Shown here: positions 11,601-24,609 of the stretch, in pieces
How positions within the stretch are numbered: the first letter of the stretch is position 1
How the letters are laid out: each line of letters opens with the position of its first letter
Origin: Rhodosorus marinus CCMP1338
Taxonomy: Eukaryota; Plantae; Rhodophyta
Assembly (NCBI GenBank): GCA_029953675.1
Contig: JAMWBK010000001.1
Span: 3,596,001-3,660,000 of the forward strand
Length of the DNA stretch: 64,000 nucleotides
Direction: 5' to 3'
Position numbers and translations under genes: made by a program
The notes under the pieces: model-generated
The model's database searches: none
What the model was told of the DNA's origin: nothing
The model's input: the letters and a program-made list of their open reading frames with translations, nothing else

Positions 11601-13977
11601 TCGATTGGCTTTTTGGTGGCCTTGGGCACGTCCTGTGCGCGGCTGGTGGTCTGAACGTGGAGCTTTTTTTTGCATTGTTTCAACAGGATTTTTGTTCTCT
11701 TTGAGAAAGTCGAATGAAAGCTTTGTCGGTAAGGTTCATACGGCCAAGTTCGAGAAGGAATGGGAGCGGGCTGAAGCAGCTAGGGCGGCGGTAAGCGTTG
11801 CGGCGGAGGAGCTTGCGCAGTTGGGTGAGGAGATCCGGAAGGAAAGAAAGCTCGGCGATTCGAAGAAGGACGTGGTCGGGATGTCTTTCGACCTGTTTAA
11901 CAATGCGGTGTGGTTGAGGTTGCCTAGTGGTCAGAAGGTAAGCCTTTTTGGTCTGGCTGACTCTCTGTGGGTGTCTACCCGTCCCCCCTGACAACTCCAT
12001 CTCTATCGTCTAGCTTGTGGGTCCCTTGATCCATCCAAAGGACCGAAACGGGATGGTAGTTGGCAACAGGTTCAGCACAGACAAGCTGGAAGCGGCCCAG
12101 GATGAGTACAGACTGAGCTGCTCAGAGTGCGCGAACGCGGTCCGTGACCAGCTGCGACATCTCTCCACGACTTTGGGGGGAGAGTCCCTACCACCGCTCG
12201 TGGGAGCTTGCGTACTGGCCACTATTGCCTCAGCCATGGTCCATCATGTAACGCACGCGGGTATACTCAACGGTTGGAACCCAGCCAGTGAGGTACGTCC
12301 TGTATCCTTGATCAGAGCTTCTACTTAACCTACATCTGAAACCGTAACGGGTCTCGAACAGCGCGGGTCCGATGTTGGCGATAGATCTATCGCTTTGAGA
12401 CAGTTCTGGCCGTACTGGCTGGATGGAAGCTCCAACAGAACGATCGCAAACTCGATCGACCTAGACAGCCTAGTGATCCTCTCCGGGCCCAACATGGCTG
12501 GTAAGTGGATCGATCAGGTCAACCCTCCGCAGAGAACGCGCGGGGTGGGCTTATAACTTATGCTTTGATTTCTTGTTTTTCTTTCGAACACAAAAGGCAA
12601 GTCGACGGTTCTAAGAAGTGTCTGTTCGATAGTTTTACTGGCGACGAGTGGGTTCCTCGTCCCCGCCAAGGAGGCGAGCGTGCCGTTCGTAGACTACATC
12701 ATGTTGAGAACATTCAGCTCTGATAGTCCTGCTGAAGGGAAGAGTGGTTTTGCTGTTGAGATGCATGAGATGAGATCTGTTCTGGAGGTAAGAGAAGGTT
12801 GGAGGCGGAAATGCACAGACTATCTCGCCACCCGCGGGGCGGGAGTGGCTATGCTCTCCAACTCGGATAAGGAGGGAGCACTGAACGAGAAGTTTGGTTT
12901 CTTCAGGATGCGACTGAGAACTCACTGGTTTTGGTGGATGAGCTTGGGAAGGGCACGGAGATGACGGCGGGAGCAGCGCTTGCGGGATCGATTTTGGAGA
13001 CGCTTGATAGGAGCGGATGCTATGGAATCTTTGCGACGCATCTACACGCGTTGTTTGATATGGAACTGGATGCACCGAACATGAAGGAAATGATGATGTG
13101 TTCTGAGAACGAGGTAGGGGAGTGAGATCTGGTCCTCATCGAGGGGTGCATTCGCTTAACCAAGTCTCCCCCTTTTTTAGGGAGGACGCGTTCGTCCCAC
13201 GTTGAAGGTTGCTGACGGACGGAGCTTGGAGTCGCTCGCGATGACCGTCGCGCGGGATTGCGGAATGCCCACCTCGGTAGTGAACCGGGCAGAGGAGTTG
13301 TTGGGACAGCTTCGGGGTAGGAGGAAGCTCGGAAAGGCTGCGGACGGGGCCAGCAACGGCAAGCAGGCTTTTAGTGCAGCAACGGCGGCGACACCCGACC
13401 ACCGTGTCCCTCCAGATCTTCAGGGCGCCGAACTCGTGCTTCGAAACGTCGTTTCCCATTCCTTATCGTGTGAACCGGTACGAGCAGCTGCCAGAAACCC
13501 TCAAAGGGTACCCCCTCCACCTTGCTAATATTCACACGAATGTCTGCTCCCGATAGTCATCCCTGGAGTCCATGGTTATTGAAGACTGCAAGAGAATTCG
13601 ACCGCCTCCAGCAGCGCTCAAGTCCTCTTGTGTGTACATAGTCGAACGGGAGGATGGACTGCTGTACTGCGGTGAAACCGATGATATTTGTGGACGACTT
13701 CTCTCACATCTGAAGGAGTTCCAGAGACAAGGACTCTACAGAATGAGGTTTGCGTTTCCCTCTATCCACAATACACCTCAGCCAGTGAACTCATTCAGCT
13801 CCGTCTCTGCGTAAACCGAACAGGTCGGTCTTCATACCGCTTCCGGAGTCAAGTAGTGGAAAGAGTGCGGCGAGGTTTTGTGAGACTAAAGTGATCGAGC
13901 AGTTGAAGACGGAGGGGTACCCGCTCTTATCGGATAAGGATCGATCTCATCGGTTTTTCGCTTCTGGAAGTAGGTAA
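8661..13977 (+). CDS. MSH1: Plant-type organellar MutS homolog MSH1 with C-terminal GIY-YIG endonuclease; many short introns
   Basis: Mismatch domain KVILVRIGEFYEAVGVDAIMLVQHAGLNP; Walker A ILSGPNMAG|KSTVLRS; DSPAEGKSGFAVEM; Walker B LVDELGKGTE; GIFATHLH; GIY-YIG CVYIVEREDGLLYCGETDDICGRLLSH; C-terminus GKSAARFCETKVIEQL..GYPLLSDKD. Transit-peptide-like N-terminus MCQCGFV. Introns checked at 8964-9046 and 9291-9691. Confidence 0.92.
9393..9650. repeat. Two-copy ~132-bp tandem duplication inside MSH1 intron 2
   Basis: GAGAAAGCCT(A/G)ACCAACGGCCGTGATCCTCCGAGGAG...GTTTATCCAGTTCTAGTTGA begins at 9393 and again at 9525. Confidence 0.9.
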
Positions 13978-14343
13978 AGCGCCGGCGTTGTTGTGTCTGG
14001 GGGATGAGACCCCAGCCATTTTAGTTGGCGGGGAAGGGCGTTCAATGTATACGAGAAGAAGGGCGTCGTGGGACGGCGAATCAAGAGAGGGATTGAAATA
14101 ATTTCGGACCCGCGAGAGAGCAATAAATATAGCAAGAGATGAATATCATATCCGCTTTGAGTCCCGGCGGTTACGATAGTCTGGGGTTGCGTAATTCTGC
14201 GCAACGCGTCTGCGAGTTGGTGGATAGGTCGCGTTGATTCTCGCACAAACAGGTCACCTCGTTCGCTCTGACTTTGACGCGATTCACGGTGCGTTTGATG
14301 ACCAGAGGGTGGGTTCTTTCAACCCAAAATGATAAACGGTCCT

Positions 14344-15676
14344 TCACGTTTTGGCGGCTTTGGCCGTGTAGTCGTCTTCGTCAGTGTCCTTGGCCCCGGG
14401 CCGTCGCACCTCCTTCTTCTTTGGAATGAACTCAAGCACTCGTTGAGGATCTAAGAATGTCGCCCTCCTAAACACACACGGTGGAGAAAAAACAGGCCAA
14501 CCGCTCAGTTCAATGCGCGACGAGCCAGCGATCGCGCTCTACCGCTCGGATGGGCTCTCTAGAAGATCTCTCAAAGCTCGTCCAATTCCACAGGATGCAA
14601 ACACGATCGCATCAGCTTACCCCATATCTAGATGAAACACTTTCACGCCACTTCTGCCCTGATCGAGAAACAGGTCGAAAGTGCCTTCCCTGGTGCTCGA
14701 CATATTGTGGTTTCCAGCATTCAATGCGGCTAGTCTGAACTGCCTCGAATACAGGGATACGTGCTTCAGTTTCACCTTCCTCGTCGTAAATGGCATCCTA
14801 AGATTTACATAATAGACGACCAGATCTTGTCCTTTAGCTCTCCAATGCCCACTTGAATAGGTCAGCGCCCCTCGGAATCGGAGAGAGGTGATCAGTTCCA
14901 ATCTGGAACTCGAGGGGAATCCATGTTGGGGGCGGAGCGGGGGGTGGAGTCGGCATTTCTTACCAAGGTAGATAACCAGGTGTCTTGAGCTCCAAGTAAC
15001 CACCTGGACAGAGCTTAAGCTCCAGGACGAGATGATCTGTCCATCTGTGGGTTACTCTGGCAGTGAGGATGGCAACAACGATTAGGCCCATGGTGATGGA
15101 GAATTTTTGAGGGGCCGTGGTGAAGTCGACGGTTTCGACGTAGTGCCAGTAAAGCCCGGCGAGGGCGTACATTCCGGTGGTTGAAAAAGTCGCGATGGAG
15201 ATGCTGCGCGACCACACGCTGTGGGGGCGTTTGAAGAGGATCACCTCCTCCTTAACCTGCGGTATTTCTTCCTTGGTGATGATGTACTTTGCCTTGTCGG
15301 CTGCTTTGAAGGTACGCTCAGGGTTTCTGAGCTCATTGAACAGCGGCGAACGTCGTTTCTTCCTCCGGACGTTTCGGTACTCGCGCAGCATCTCAGCACT
15401 CGTCGGCTCCCTATCCTTCGGCAAAACCGAATCGTTAATGGAGTAGCCGACCTCCTTTAGCTTCGGTAAGGGTTTCACCTTCACCGGAAGTTTTTCTTCC
15501 TCCTTCTTGTTCTTCTTCACTGGCTCACCAGCGTGGTCAGCCAAACCCCTTATAAAATCCAGTCTCCACACGCCCAAACCCATTCCATGCTTACCACTCA
15601 CTCCCACCTTCCGTAAAAACGTCCGCGGGACCGCCCCGCTCGTCAAAAGCCGGCCGTACGTAAAAAACTTCGACAT
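14344..15676 (-). CDS. Putative mitochondrial inner-membrane protein, TMEM70/TMEM186/TMEM223-like
   Basis: Basic presequence-like start MSKFFTYGRLLTSGAVPRTFLRK, then two hydrophobic segments (ISIATFSTTGMYALAGLYW; FSITMGLIVVAILTA), then LVLELKLCPGGYLELKT. Two GT-AG introns give the in-frame continuation MPFTTRKVKLKHVS..VFHLDMGRATFLDP..*. Family assignment is by general resemblance only. Confidence 0.55.
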
Positions 15677-16520
15677 CGCTATTTCCTTTCGCTTCTTTAT
15701 CCTCCAATAACCACAAAATATTCTTTCCGTTTTCACTATCTTCACCTAAACCCCTTCAAGACAGAGTTCACATCAATCTAAGCTCCCCATTCTCCGTCCC
15801 CAGAAACAAGACTGTGGCCGGATCAATCCCCACCAACCTCAACCACATCCTCGCGAGGCCACTTTTCAATCAGCTCTCTTAATCCAAAGCCCTCATCCCT
15901 ACAAACAGAATCCTAAATTCCACTTCGGACAACCCCCTTCACTCCAACAGAAACCACTTCTTTCCTACTCAACGCCGATCACAAACAGAATTTCTCGTTG
16001 ACGAAAACCGTTCTGATTCTTCCCGTCCTCCCCACTTTATGATCAGAGGTCTTCCTTCAAACCACTCCCTCGCCAACCCAACCCGATGAAGACCTCTTTG
16101 GCATTCCTTCAAGAATCACTCAACACCTTCCTCGCCCTCCCGCCCGCCCTCCCGCCTACGCGTTTAGATCAGATCAGATAAGATCAATCAGGAGCTTTAT
16201 TTCGCTAATGACAGTGGCAAACCATCTCAATCCATCCTTCTCAAACTCGGTGAAATAAACAAAAACCAAACGCTCTCTTTTTCCCAAGAACCCCCCGATC
16301 CTTTCCGTCTTCCTACCAAACTCAACCCCAAGTCTTTCCTTCCATCACCAAAACGAACTGATGACGACGATCAGCTTTGTCATTCCCAGAAAATCACCAC
16401 ACCTCCACACACTTCAATATCAAATCAGTTCAACCAGAGTTTCGATTAGGAGCGTGCGAACTAGCTAACTCTATCACCTCCCAAAACATGCTCTGCTCTC
16501 CTCACTCAACGTACAACAAA

Positions 16521-16748
16521 CTCTCTCTGCTCTGTCGCTCTATTTCTGTCTCTCTTTCTCTGTCTCTGTCTCTCTGTCTCTCTGCCTCTCTGTCTCTTTC
16601 TCTTTGTCTCTGTCTCTGTGTGTCTGTCTCTGTCTCTCTTTCGCTGTCTCTCTTTCTCTGTCTCTCTTCCTCTCGGTCTCTGCGTCTCTGTCCCTTTGTC
16701 TCTGTCGCGCGTCTCTGTCCCTTTCTCTGTCTCTGTCTCTGTCTCTCT
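16521..16748. repeat. Imperfect (CT)n/(TCTCTG)n microsatellite
   Basis: About 230 bp made almost entirely of TC/TG dinucleotides. Confidence 0.95.
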
Positions 16749-17925
16749 TAAGAGCCAGATTCTTCGATCAAGTTTATCTTCGTCCGTCTTCCTTTTCTTT
16801 AATCAGATGAGTTCAATCAGAGCCTTGTGAAGCTAGCCTTTGATGCCGAGAGTGCTAGTCACCTCAGTACCTCGCTTGGCAAGAAGACCGGAACCAGATG
16901 TCCTCGATCCGATTGCCATACGACAAAACTAGTCCCTGCCTGGAGCTGGTGAGAGGGTGATTACCTACGCCAAATCATTTCGCTGTGAGCGGCTGGACCA
17001 ATGGGTCGCACTCGTGGAGAGAGTATGAGGACTGGCGCTGGTGGTAGAACAGTGAGTGCCACACTCACGCGTCACCTTCCTCATGCTCGCGATAGTACAG
17101 ACCTCAACTACACCGTTTGATCCATCAAGTACTTTCTTAACGGGTATGAGAGGGACGACAGCCCGAAGCATCGGGACTCTGCGAGCGGACCAATGTCCGT
17201 GGTAGTGGTGGTGGCTCACGCGAGTCACCAGTTCAAGCCGGCTTTTGGATAAGGGCGGCTCCGTCTGGTCCCATTGTTTTCTGAAGCCCGCCTTTAGCGG
17301 GGGTATGTGTCGTAAGTTTGCTAGACAGCTCCCCACTCTCCTCAGGTAGCTTGGCTCTGAATGGACTGATTTGATCGTATCCATCAGACAGAATTACGTT
17401 CCGCAGTGGCGAGCAGTGCACTTCGCCCACACATACTGTCATGGACCTCCACCCATCGACGCAACTCAGCTAGGAGGAAGGTGGTGAGCTGAATCTACCA
17501 TCTTCACACCAGCAGTGAGAAAAGAGCAAGCAAGGACCCTCACTGGGCAACTCCTCACAACAGGAAGGCTTTTGAGCTCAAGGGGGAGGAAGGTGAGCCT
17601 CATCCGTTTTCGTCTTCTAGAGGAAAACTAAAGTATCAAGGAAAAAGAAGAAGTGTCTTGCTCGGATTCCTCTGACGCAAGAGTCTGAGCATCCCATCAT
17701 TCAAGAGCAGCTCTGTTGAGGACAAAGAGGGAGGACTGAACGGAGTCTGGCGAGGTGCTGATTCAACTCGGAGCGGGTTGAACAGGATCAGTGCTGGTCA
17801 ATTCCTTATCTACCAGGTTGTGTCTTTACCTTTGAATAAATAACGGTCTGCACTTCTCCTCTTCCTTCCAGCTGACTTCCTATGAAGAGAGAGGCGGGGA
17901 GATCTGAGCTGTGCCCTCAAAAGCT

Positions 17926-19707
17926 TCAGATGGTATCGGGATCTGTCAGCATCTCGGAGATTTTCATGATCGTCTTCTGGAGCAGCACTGGCCTGGTGCT
18001 CGCCGATGGGATCACGATTCCCTCCTTGGCGTGGCGATCAGCTTTGCGAAGGCCGGCCAGTGCAAAAGGACGGAACACCTCGGATAGCGCGACCTCACAG
18101 CCCACCGTGCAGCAGAGGGCCCGGAGTAGTCCCATCGTTCTCAACACCATGAAGAGCTCAGCTGGGAACTCTGATATCGGTACTTCTCGGAGAGGGCTGG
18201 AGTTTGCAAAGGGGTTGATATCGATACCATCAGGGAGAGGCCCGGTGTCGAACAGTCCATTGGCGTAGATGGAGATCAAGTAGTTGGAACGAAGCTGGCT
18301 CGCCTCGACGGGGATGTCCAGAACAATGCCTAGCTCCCGGAAGGTCTGTGCAATCGCGTTCGGATCCTTGGAGCATATGGAAAGGTAAAAGGCGCAGAGC
18401 TTGAGGCGAAGCGTCTCGTCAAGGTGCTTGCACTGGCCAAAGTCCAGCATCGCCACGCGAGAATCCGGCAGCACGAGGAGATTGCCCGGGTGCGGATCCG
18501 CGTGGAAAACCCCATCGACAAGGATCATCTGCCCGTATGCTTCACCGAGGCTCCTGACGAGCTCCTCTCGGTTAACATTCCATAGGTTCAGGGTCTTCGT
18601 ATCGTCTACGCGTACCCCTTCAATGTAATCCATCCCGAGCACCCTCCGAGTGACCAGGTCCTCCTCCACCTCCGGTATCACCACCTTGGCCGGGCATATT
18701 CCGACCTTCCTCAGGTTGTCTCCGATGGTCTTCATCATCGAAGCCTCCTCGATGAAATCAAACTCTAGGGGTATCTGCGCCTCAAACTCGGAAACCACAG
18801 ACAGCAGGTCGAAGAACTTCATGTCGTGGGTCTGAAGAAAAGACGCCAGATTGCGTAGGTTCCGCAGGTCCAATTCCATCAAGCTCTCCTGGTCGTCGTA
18901 TTGCACTTTGACCACGATGCTCTTCGCGGTTCTCGTAATGCCAAGGTGTACCTGCGCTATCGTAGCGCTCGCCAGCGGCCGCTTATCAATCGCCTTGAAC
19001 ACCTGGTATATCGAGTTCACCTGTGCCTCCGAGCAGAGAACCTTATCGATCTCTTCAAACTTGACGGGCGGAACGTTGTCCTGCAGGAGTGCCAGCTTTT
19101 CTCCCCATTCCTCCGGAATGAAGTCGGCTCTAGATCCGATGAACTGTCCGTCCTTAAGGTAAAATCCTCTGAGCTCAACGCACAGGTTATATACCGCTTC
19201 CGCTCCCCACTCGTGCCGCTTTTTCCACATCCTAGCCTGCCTTGCTTCGTTCATCAGCGGCGCCACCACCTGAGTGTATTTGTAGCCGACGTAAATGGGA
19301 ATCACTCGCGTCCAGAAGTCCACAGACCTAGAGTGGGCCTTTACGACCCACGAAGAGGCAAGGATATACGACCTCAACATCACCAGCGCCGGCAGTGTCC
19401 TCGCAAACTTGCCGCGCTCTGGATTCGGGACTGCAGCACCGATGACCAACCCTGCGCGTAGAATGTGAAGCCATGGGCTGGGCAGCAGTACTTGAGCGAG
19501 CATAACCGCAGCCACCCTCCCGAACAGTCCAAGGCTGTACAAAACTCTCGAAAAGATGCTCCTGGTCCTCGAACGTTCATCCAACTCCTCCACAGCAGCT
19601 TTCCTCCTCGCATCTCCTACTATAGCATCCACCGTAAACGCGCTCGGACCAACGAAACTCAAATGACGCCTCCGCGGTGGTCTTCCAGATCCCCCTAAAC
19701 CCCCCAT
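17926..19707 (-). CDS. ABC1/UbiB (ADCK/ABC1K) atypical protein kinase
   Basis: 593-aa ORF with GFYLKDGQFIGSRAD, LQDNVPP, PLASATIAQVH, VVKVQY, DGVFHADPHPGN and MLDFGQCK. Confidence 0.93.
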   Translation of the reverse strand: MGGLGGSGRPPRRRHLSFVGPSAFTVDAIVGDARRKAAVEELDERSRTRSIFSRVLYSLGLFGRVAAVMLAQVLLPSPWLHILRAGLVIGAAVPNPERGKFARTLPALVMLRSYILASSWVVKAHSRSVDFWTRVIPIYVGYKYTQVVAPLMNEARQARMWKKRHEWGAEAVYNLCVELRGFYLKDGQFIGSRADFIPEEWGEKLALLQDNVPPVKFEEIDKVLCSEAQVNSIYQVFKAIDKRPLASATIAQVHLGITRTAKSIVVKVQYDDQESLMELDLRNLRNLASFLQTHDMKFFDLLSVVSEFEAQIPLEFDFIEEASMMKTIGDNLRKVGICPAKVVIPEVEEDLVTRRVLGMDYIEGVRVDDTKTLNLWNVNREELVRSLGEAYGQMILVDGVFHADPHPGNLLVLPDSRVAMLDFGQCKHLDETLRLKLCAFYLSICSKDPNAIAQTFRELGIVLDIPVEASQLRSNYLISIYANGLFDTGPLPDGIDINPFANSSPLREVPISEFPAELFMVLRTMGLLRALCCTVGCEVALSEVFRPFALAGLRKADRHAKEGIVIPSASTRPVLLQKTIMKISEMLTDPDTI

Positions 19708-22350
19708 TTTTCAATAGCCACAAGAAAAGCTAGAAAACCCAAACCGCAAACTCCAAACAAATACGACCCACCGAAACCGCCCCGGGGAAAACAACGTCAG
19801 ATGAAATCACTAGGACGCCATTCCTCGTCTTCGAAAACCCATTCGCTTCCCCCAAGATCCCTTCAGACTCTCCAGGAAACAAACGATTCTTATCCAAAAT
19901 TCCTAGCAAACCTCCATCTTCTCCAACCCCCCCCCCAAAAAGCAGCACCTCTGTAGACTTTCCACCCCCTCTCACCACATCGAAGCGGAAGCAAACCCGC
20001 TCAGAGCAAAAACTGATCAAAGACCGTTCTTTCCTAGTTCCTACACACCTCAACCAAAAACCCAGAAACAGACCTCCCAAAAAACTTCCTTCTCCAGAAG
20101 AAAACCTTCCCCTCAAAACAGCAATAAAAACTCTTGGGGTTGTTGATTTTTCTTTTCTCTACTCCGTAATCAGCTTTTCTTATCCTTCGTTTGTTCTCTT
20201 CCCTTGCCTTTCCCCTTACCGCTAAAAAAGTTGTCTCCTCTCCTCCCCTCGTCCTCCCTCCACCTCCCGGTCACCCTCCCCAAGACCCTTTTTATCCCTC
20301 CCCAACCTCCAAAAATGCCTTTCAGACAATCCCGAAAAAGTCACACAGCGACTGAAGACAAACAAACCGCCAAAACCATAATTTTGTTCTTGGGTTGTCA
20401 TAAACAGTCCAATAAAAACTTAACGCCAAACATGTCATAAGACGTTTAATATTAAATAAACAAATCTAATTCCCATAAACGTCATTAAACTTTTCACAAA
20501 ACCTGTCCAAGTTGTGACACCTTTTTTCAAAGAGTTTTATCCATATGACCTATTTTTCTCCTTTTACTACATATTGATTTTGCTGAGATTTTTTTATCGG
20601 ACCAAATATGACATGTAATTTCCTATCTTACTAAAAAAAATTCAAAAAAATAGATTTCCATCTTACACCCCCCCAACTGAAGTCTTGAAAAAAGTTTAAT
20701 ATTATCAATGGTTTGATCCATTCCCGCTTTTCATTGGATAGAATTGTAACGTGTGGCAAACGAATTATGTTTTTTTTTATTTCGGATTGGACAGGCTGTC
20801 ATGGCCTTGTTTGGAACGTTTTTGATGTCGTGCGTTTAGTGGCTTCAGGGTAGGTTTTGGATGGAGTGGCAGGGAGGGAGTGAGGTACGTGAGTGTGTGG
20901 GTGAAGGCCGGAATTTTGCTTTAGAGTGGATGTCGCCGTATGGTATTCTTTACAGACCCTTGAAATCGGAGGATTGAACCTGACTCTTGGTATATCAAGT
21001 GACGAGGTCCCTGGTAGTGACAACCGACGGAGTTTTGGATGTTGTGGTGGGTGGTGTTGAGATGGTTTGTGGATGGACTTGGCTTTCCGCGAGGTTGGAA
21101 GTGACCCTAAATGGAAGCAGTCAGTCATCAAAACCATGGAGTCAAGTATGAGAGTGGGAGGGTGAAATTGCACGGGTGGTGCTCGCAGCCCTGGATGGTT
21201 GCGCACTCAGGGCGATGCGCTCGAGCGTGCTGTTCGTCTAGAAACCACGATTTTTACGAGTTGCCTTTTCGCGCCATATCTCGCTCGTCCGAAAGTGCTT
21301 GCCCACAAATCAGCATCGAACGTCTATATTATACTAAAGTAATCAATCACATGGATTGGATGCGGCGGGGCTCGATGGTGCTCAAACAGTACAATTATCT
21401 CACATATGATCACCCTTCTCGCACAGACTGCGTAGGTCTCACACCTAACAACCAGAAGAGCCCCTAGCATTCCTTTCGTTCCCAATGAAGAACACTCTCC
21501 CCACCCTGAAGTCTTCACAATGAGCTATCCTTCAAGAATACATTCCAACAAAAAATCGACACGTGCAATAATTTAATTCGCTTATAAATCCTCCAAGAAC
21601 AGACGTCAAAATATAATTCACTCAATATCTTATTTTGATAGGATACATTCTCATGGTGTTAGCACCACATCCATGAAACTTCCACAAAAACACACCTCCA
21701 CCCTTCTACCCCCCTTCACGCTTTTTAAAACTAGCACCGCTTGCAGGATGTCCGGACCGGCCTCCGCGATATCCTGCCTAAAAAGTATCACATTTCAAGG
21801 CCTGTACAATGTGTGGCATGCAGAGATGGACAGTCTGTCTCAATCAATTTTTCATAACACGTGGTTGATTATGGTTTGGTAAATGCAGCACTGATAATAT
21901 CCATATAAATTGGAAGAAAATCACTTTCATGTTTCTTAGACCAATTATTGTCCGTGAAGTGTCCCAACGAAGAAAGTAGTTTGATTTAGTCGTAGATGAT
22001 TGGTTTAAGTTTGGTAAAAAGTGGTAAAGTAGCGAAGTAGCGGATGACGCCAGTGCGTGTTTTTTTGTTTTTTTCGGGGGTATTGAAAGAGAGATGACCG
22101 GACGTGTTCGGGTGGTTGTCGATCGAGAGGGGGAGAGCCGTGATTTTTTTTTTGTTGTTTGTGGTTTGTTGCCAATCTGAAAATCGATCTTTGAGGCGGA
22201 GGAAGGGTAGTGTCGGGTATTGGAGGTGTGTGGATTGGTGTTAGGGTGGGAGGAAGAGATCTGGGGGGGGGTTGGGGGTGAGTGGATTGAGGGTGGGATT
22301 GGTTAGGAGTTTGGAAAGTTGTTTTTGGTAGTGGATTAGTTCTGGAAGAG

Positions 22351-23666
22351 ATGGCTGCGTTCGTGGGGAGTTCTGTGTCTGTTTTTGTTGGGGACCGGAG
22401 TGTTCTGTCATGCTCAAGAGCGGGCCGCCGGGTGTCTGAGTCAGGCAGGAGGGCGGTGGTGACCCCCGTGAAGATGACCTACGCTGCCGGGATTTTCGAG
22501 AAGTCGAATCCTTACGCTGATGAGCTCAAGGCGACTGCTAGGTACATCTCCCAGAGGGGAAGGGGAATCCTTGCATCGGATGAGTCGAACTCGACTACCG
22601 GCAAGAGGTTGGCAATTGTTGACCTTGAGAACGAGGAGGTGAACAGGAGAGACTGGAGAGAGTTGCTGTACACCGCCCCGGATCTGGGCAAGTACATCTC
22701 TGGAGCTATCATGTTCGAGGAAACCCTGTACCAGAAAGCTGCTGACGGAACTCCGTTCGTCGACATCCTCAAGGACCAGGGTATCTTCCCTGGAATCAAG
22801 GTTGACACCGGACTCACTGCTCTTCCAAGGACCGACGCTGAGACCGCCACCACTGGACTGGACGGACTGCCGGATCGGTGCGCGGCGTACTACAAGCAGG
22901 GTGCCAGGTTTGCCAAGTGGAGGGCCGTGTTGAGAATTGGTGACGGTTGCCCTTCTGATGCTGCGATCATCGAGAACTGCCACGCTCTGGCGCGGTATGC
23001 CCAAATCTCCCAAGCTGCTGGACTCGTCCCCATCGTCGAGCCGGAAGTCCTCCTTGACGGTGATCACGACATCGACAGGACCGCCTACGAGACTGAGAAA
23101 GTGCTCTCGTACACCTTCCGGTTCCTGAACGAGTACGACGTCTGCTTGGACGCTATACTGCTCAAGCCAAATATGATCAACCCGGGCGGTGACTACCCCA
23201 CCCCTCCCACGCCCCAAGATGTTGCGTCATACACCCTGCGAACGATGCTGCGCGGTGTTCCAGGGGCCGTCCCAGGAATTCACTTCCTCAGCGGAGGTAG
23301 GTTTCTTTTCTCATGCACGGAAACCACTCGCGAGTCGAAATTTCGCTTTCTTAACACGATGGGATGTGCGTTTCTTCCTTTCCAACAGGAATGAGCGATG
23401 CCGAGGCAACCGAGAATCTCAACCTGCTCAATACCATTGAGGGCTCAGAGAGGGCCCCGTGGTCTCTGACCTTCTCCTACGGCCGTGCTCTTCAGATCGC
23501 GGTTCTTAAGACCTGGTCCGGAAAGCCCGAGAACAAGGAAAAGGCCCAGACCCTCCTCACGGCGCTCGCAAGGGCCAACTCTCAGGCCCAGCTCGGCAAG
23601 TTCGAGGGTGAGCACCCGTCCCCCGAAGCCAAGACCCGCAACTGGCAGCCACTCCGCCTTGTCTAA
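22351..23666 (+). CDS. FBA: Plastid-targeted class I fructose-bisphosphate aldolase (one intron)
   Basis: Transit peptide MAAFVGSS; GRGILASDES, PGIKVDTG, AKWRAVL, VPIVEPEV, LLKPNM (Schiff-base Lys), FLSGG|MSDAEAT across a GT-AG intron, and FSYGRALQ. Confidence 0.96.
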
Positions 23667-24347
23667 ACATTCTAAACGATGAGCTATGCAGAACATTATA
23701 AAATTCAAGAGTCAATTATTGCACACATCTGGACCAACCCGCCACCATCGCGATGCGCTGATTGTATCCTTCATCCTCTATCCACCAAACTACTTCACAA
23801 AGTTGTGCAGGAAAAGGTTCCGTCCGTCATGTAGAAGATTTCGTCATCAGCGACATGCCGAGAACGCACATTCAAGGCATCTCACCGCCCGTCAGAATCA
23901 GGACCCTCCCGAGCAGTCATCAGGAACCCGATCAATCCATTCTACCATGCACAAAACATCAATCCTCGGCTTCCAGCGACGTCAAGAGGCAATCAAACGC
24001 GCTCATGAATATAAGAAGTGGTCCAGAGGCTACACAAGTGCCGTGATCATTTGTGTCTCATCAGCTTCACACCGTCAAGCAGGGTCAAAGTGCTTTTGGA
24101 TTCCATGCATAGGGATTGCTCTGACTAGGTGTTGGACTGGGACTGTTTCGGTGACAGGAGAGGCAGACGGAGGGTTCGGGGATGAACTCGAGAAGGACTA
24201 CGAGGCTCGTTCTCCCGCTCAGGAGAAAAAATACAGCTGTTAACACGAGAATCTGTATTTTCGATCCGTTTTCGGGTATTCATGTATCGTTGAATTATTT
24301 CTATGAAAACATTTAACAGAAAAAGAGACACCTGTCCATATGAAAAA

Positions 24348-24609
24348 TGTCAATGGTTACGTCCTGACCGAACAAGTCAGCCGTCAGGAGTGTAGTCCAA
24401 AACAAGGCTAATAATAGATAAGTCTAGATCTAATAATAGTACTCTAGCATACCCAGGACATGAACTGGAAGCCTATAGATACGGAAGTTACGACCTTCCG
24501 TCCTAGGATTAGAGCTAGAGGTGGGTATCCAAGATAGATAAAAGATAAAAACAAAAAGGGAATTTATAATTATTTTGGATCATCGATACGCGAACGCGAG
24601 AGCGTGTCA
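24348..24609 (+). repeat. 5' LTR of element 1 (left edge uncertain)
   Basis: TG..CA-bounded ~260-bp segment immediately upstream of the primer-binding-site region shared with element 2. Confidence 0.6.

Noticed and set aside
16377-16830. Ser/Leu/Cys-rich ORFs
   Set aside because: Translation of the CT microsatellite.
17882-23217. Long antisense ORFs over real genes (e.g. 22441-23217, 18901-19461; likewise 35714-36262, 37394-38011, 59674-60507)
   Set aside because: Shadow ORFs caused by codon bias on the coding strand.
23740-24060. Ancient gag relic (HRDALIVSFILYPPNYFTKL resembles RRDALIISTFLNHLRTYFKL)
   Set aside because: The similarity is short and fades downstream; it cannot be supported without a profile search.
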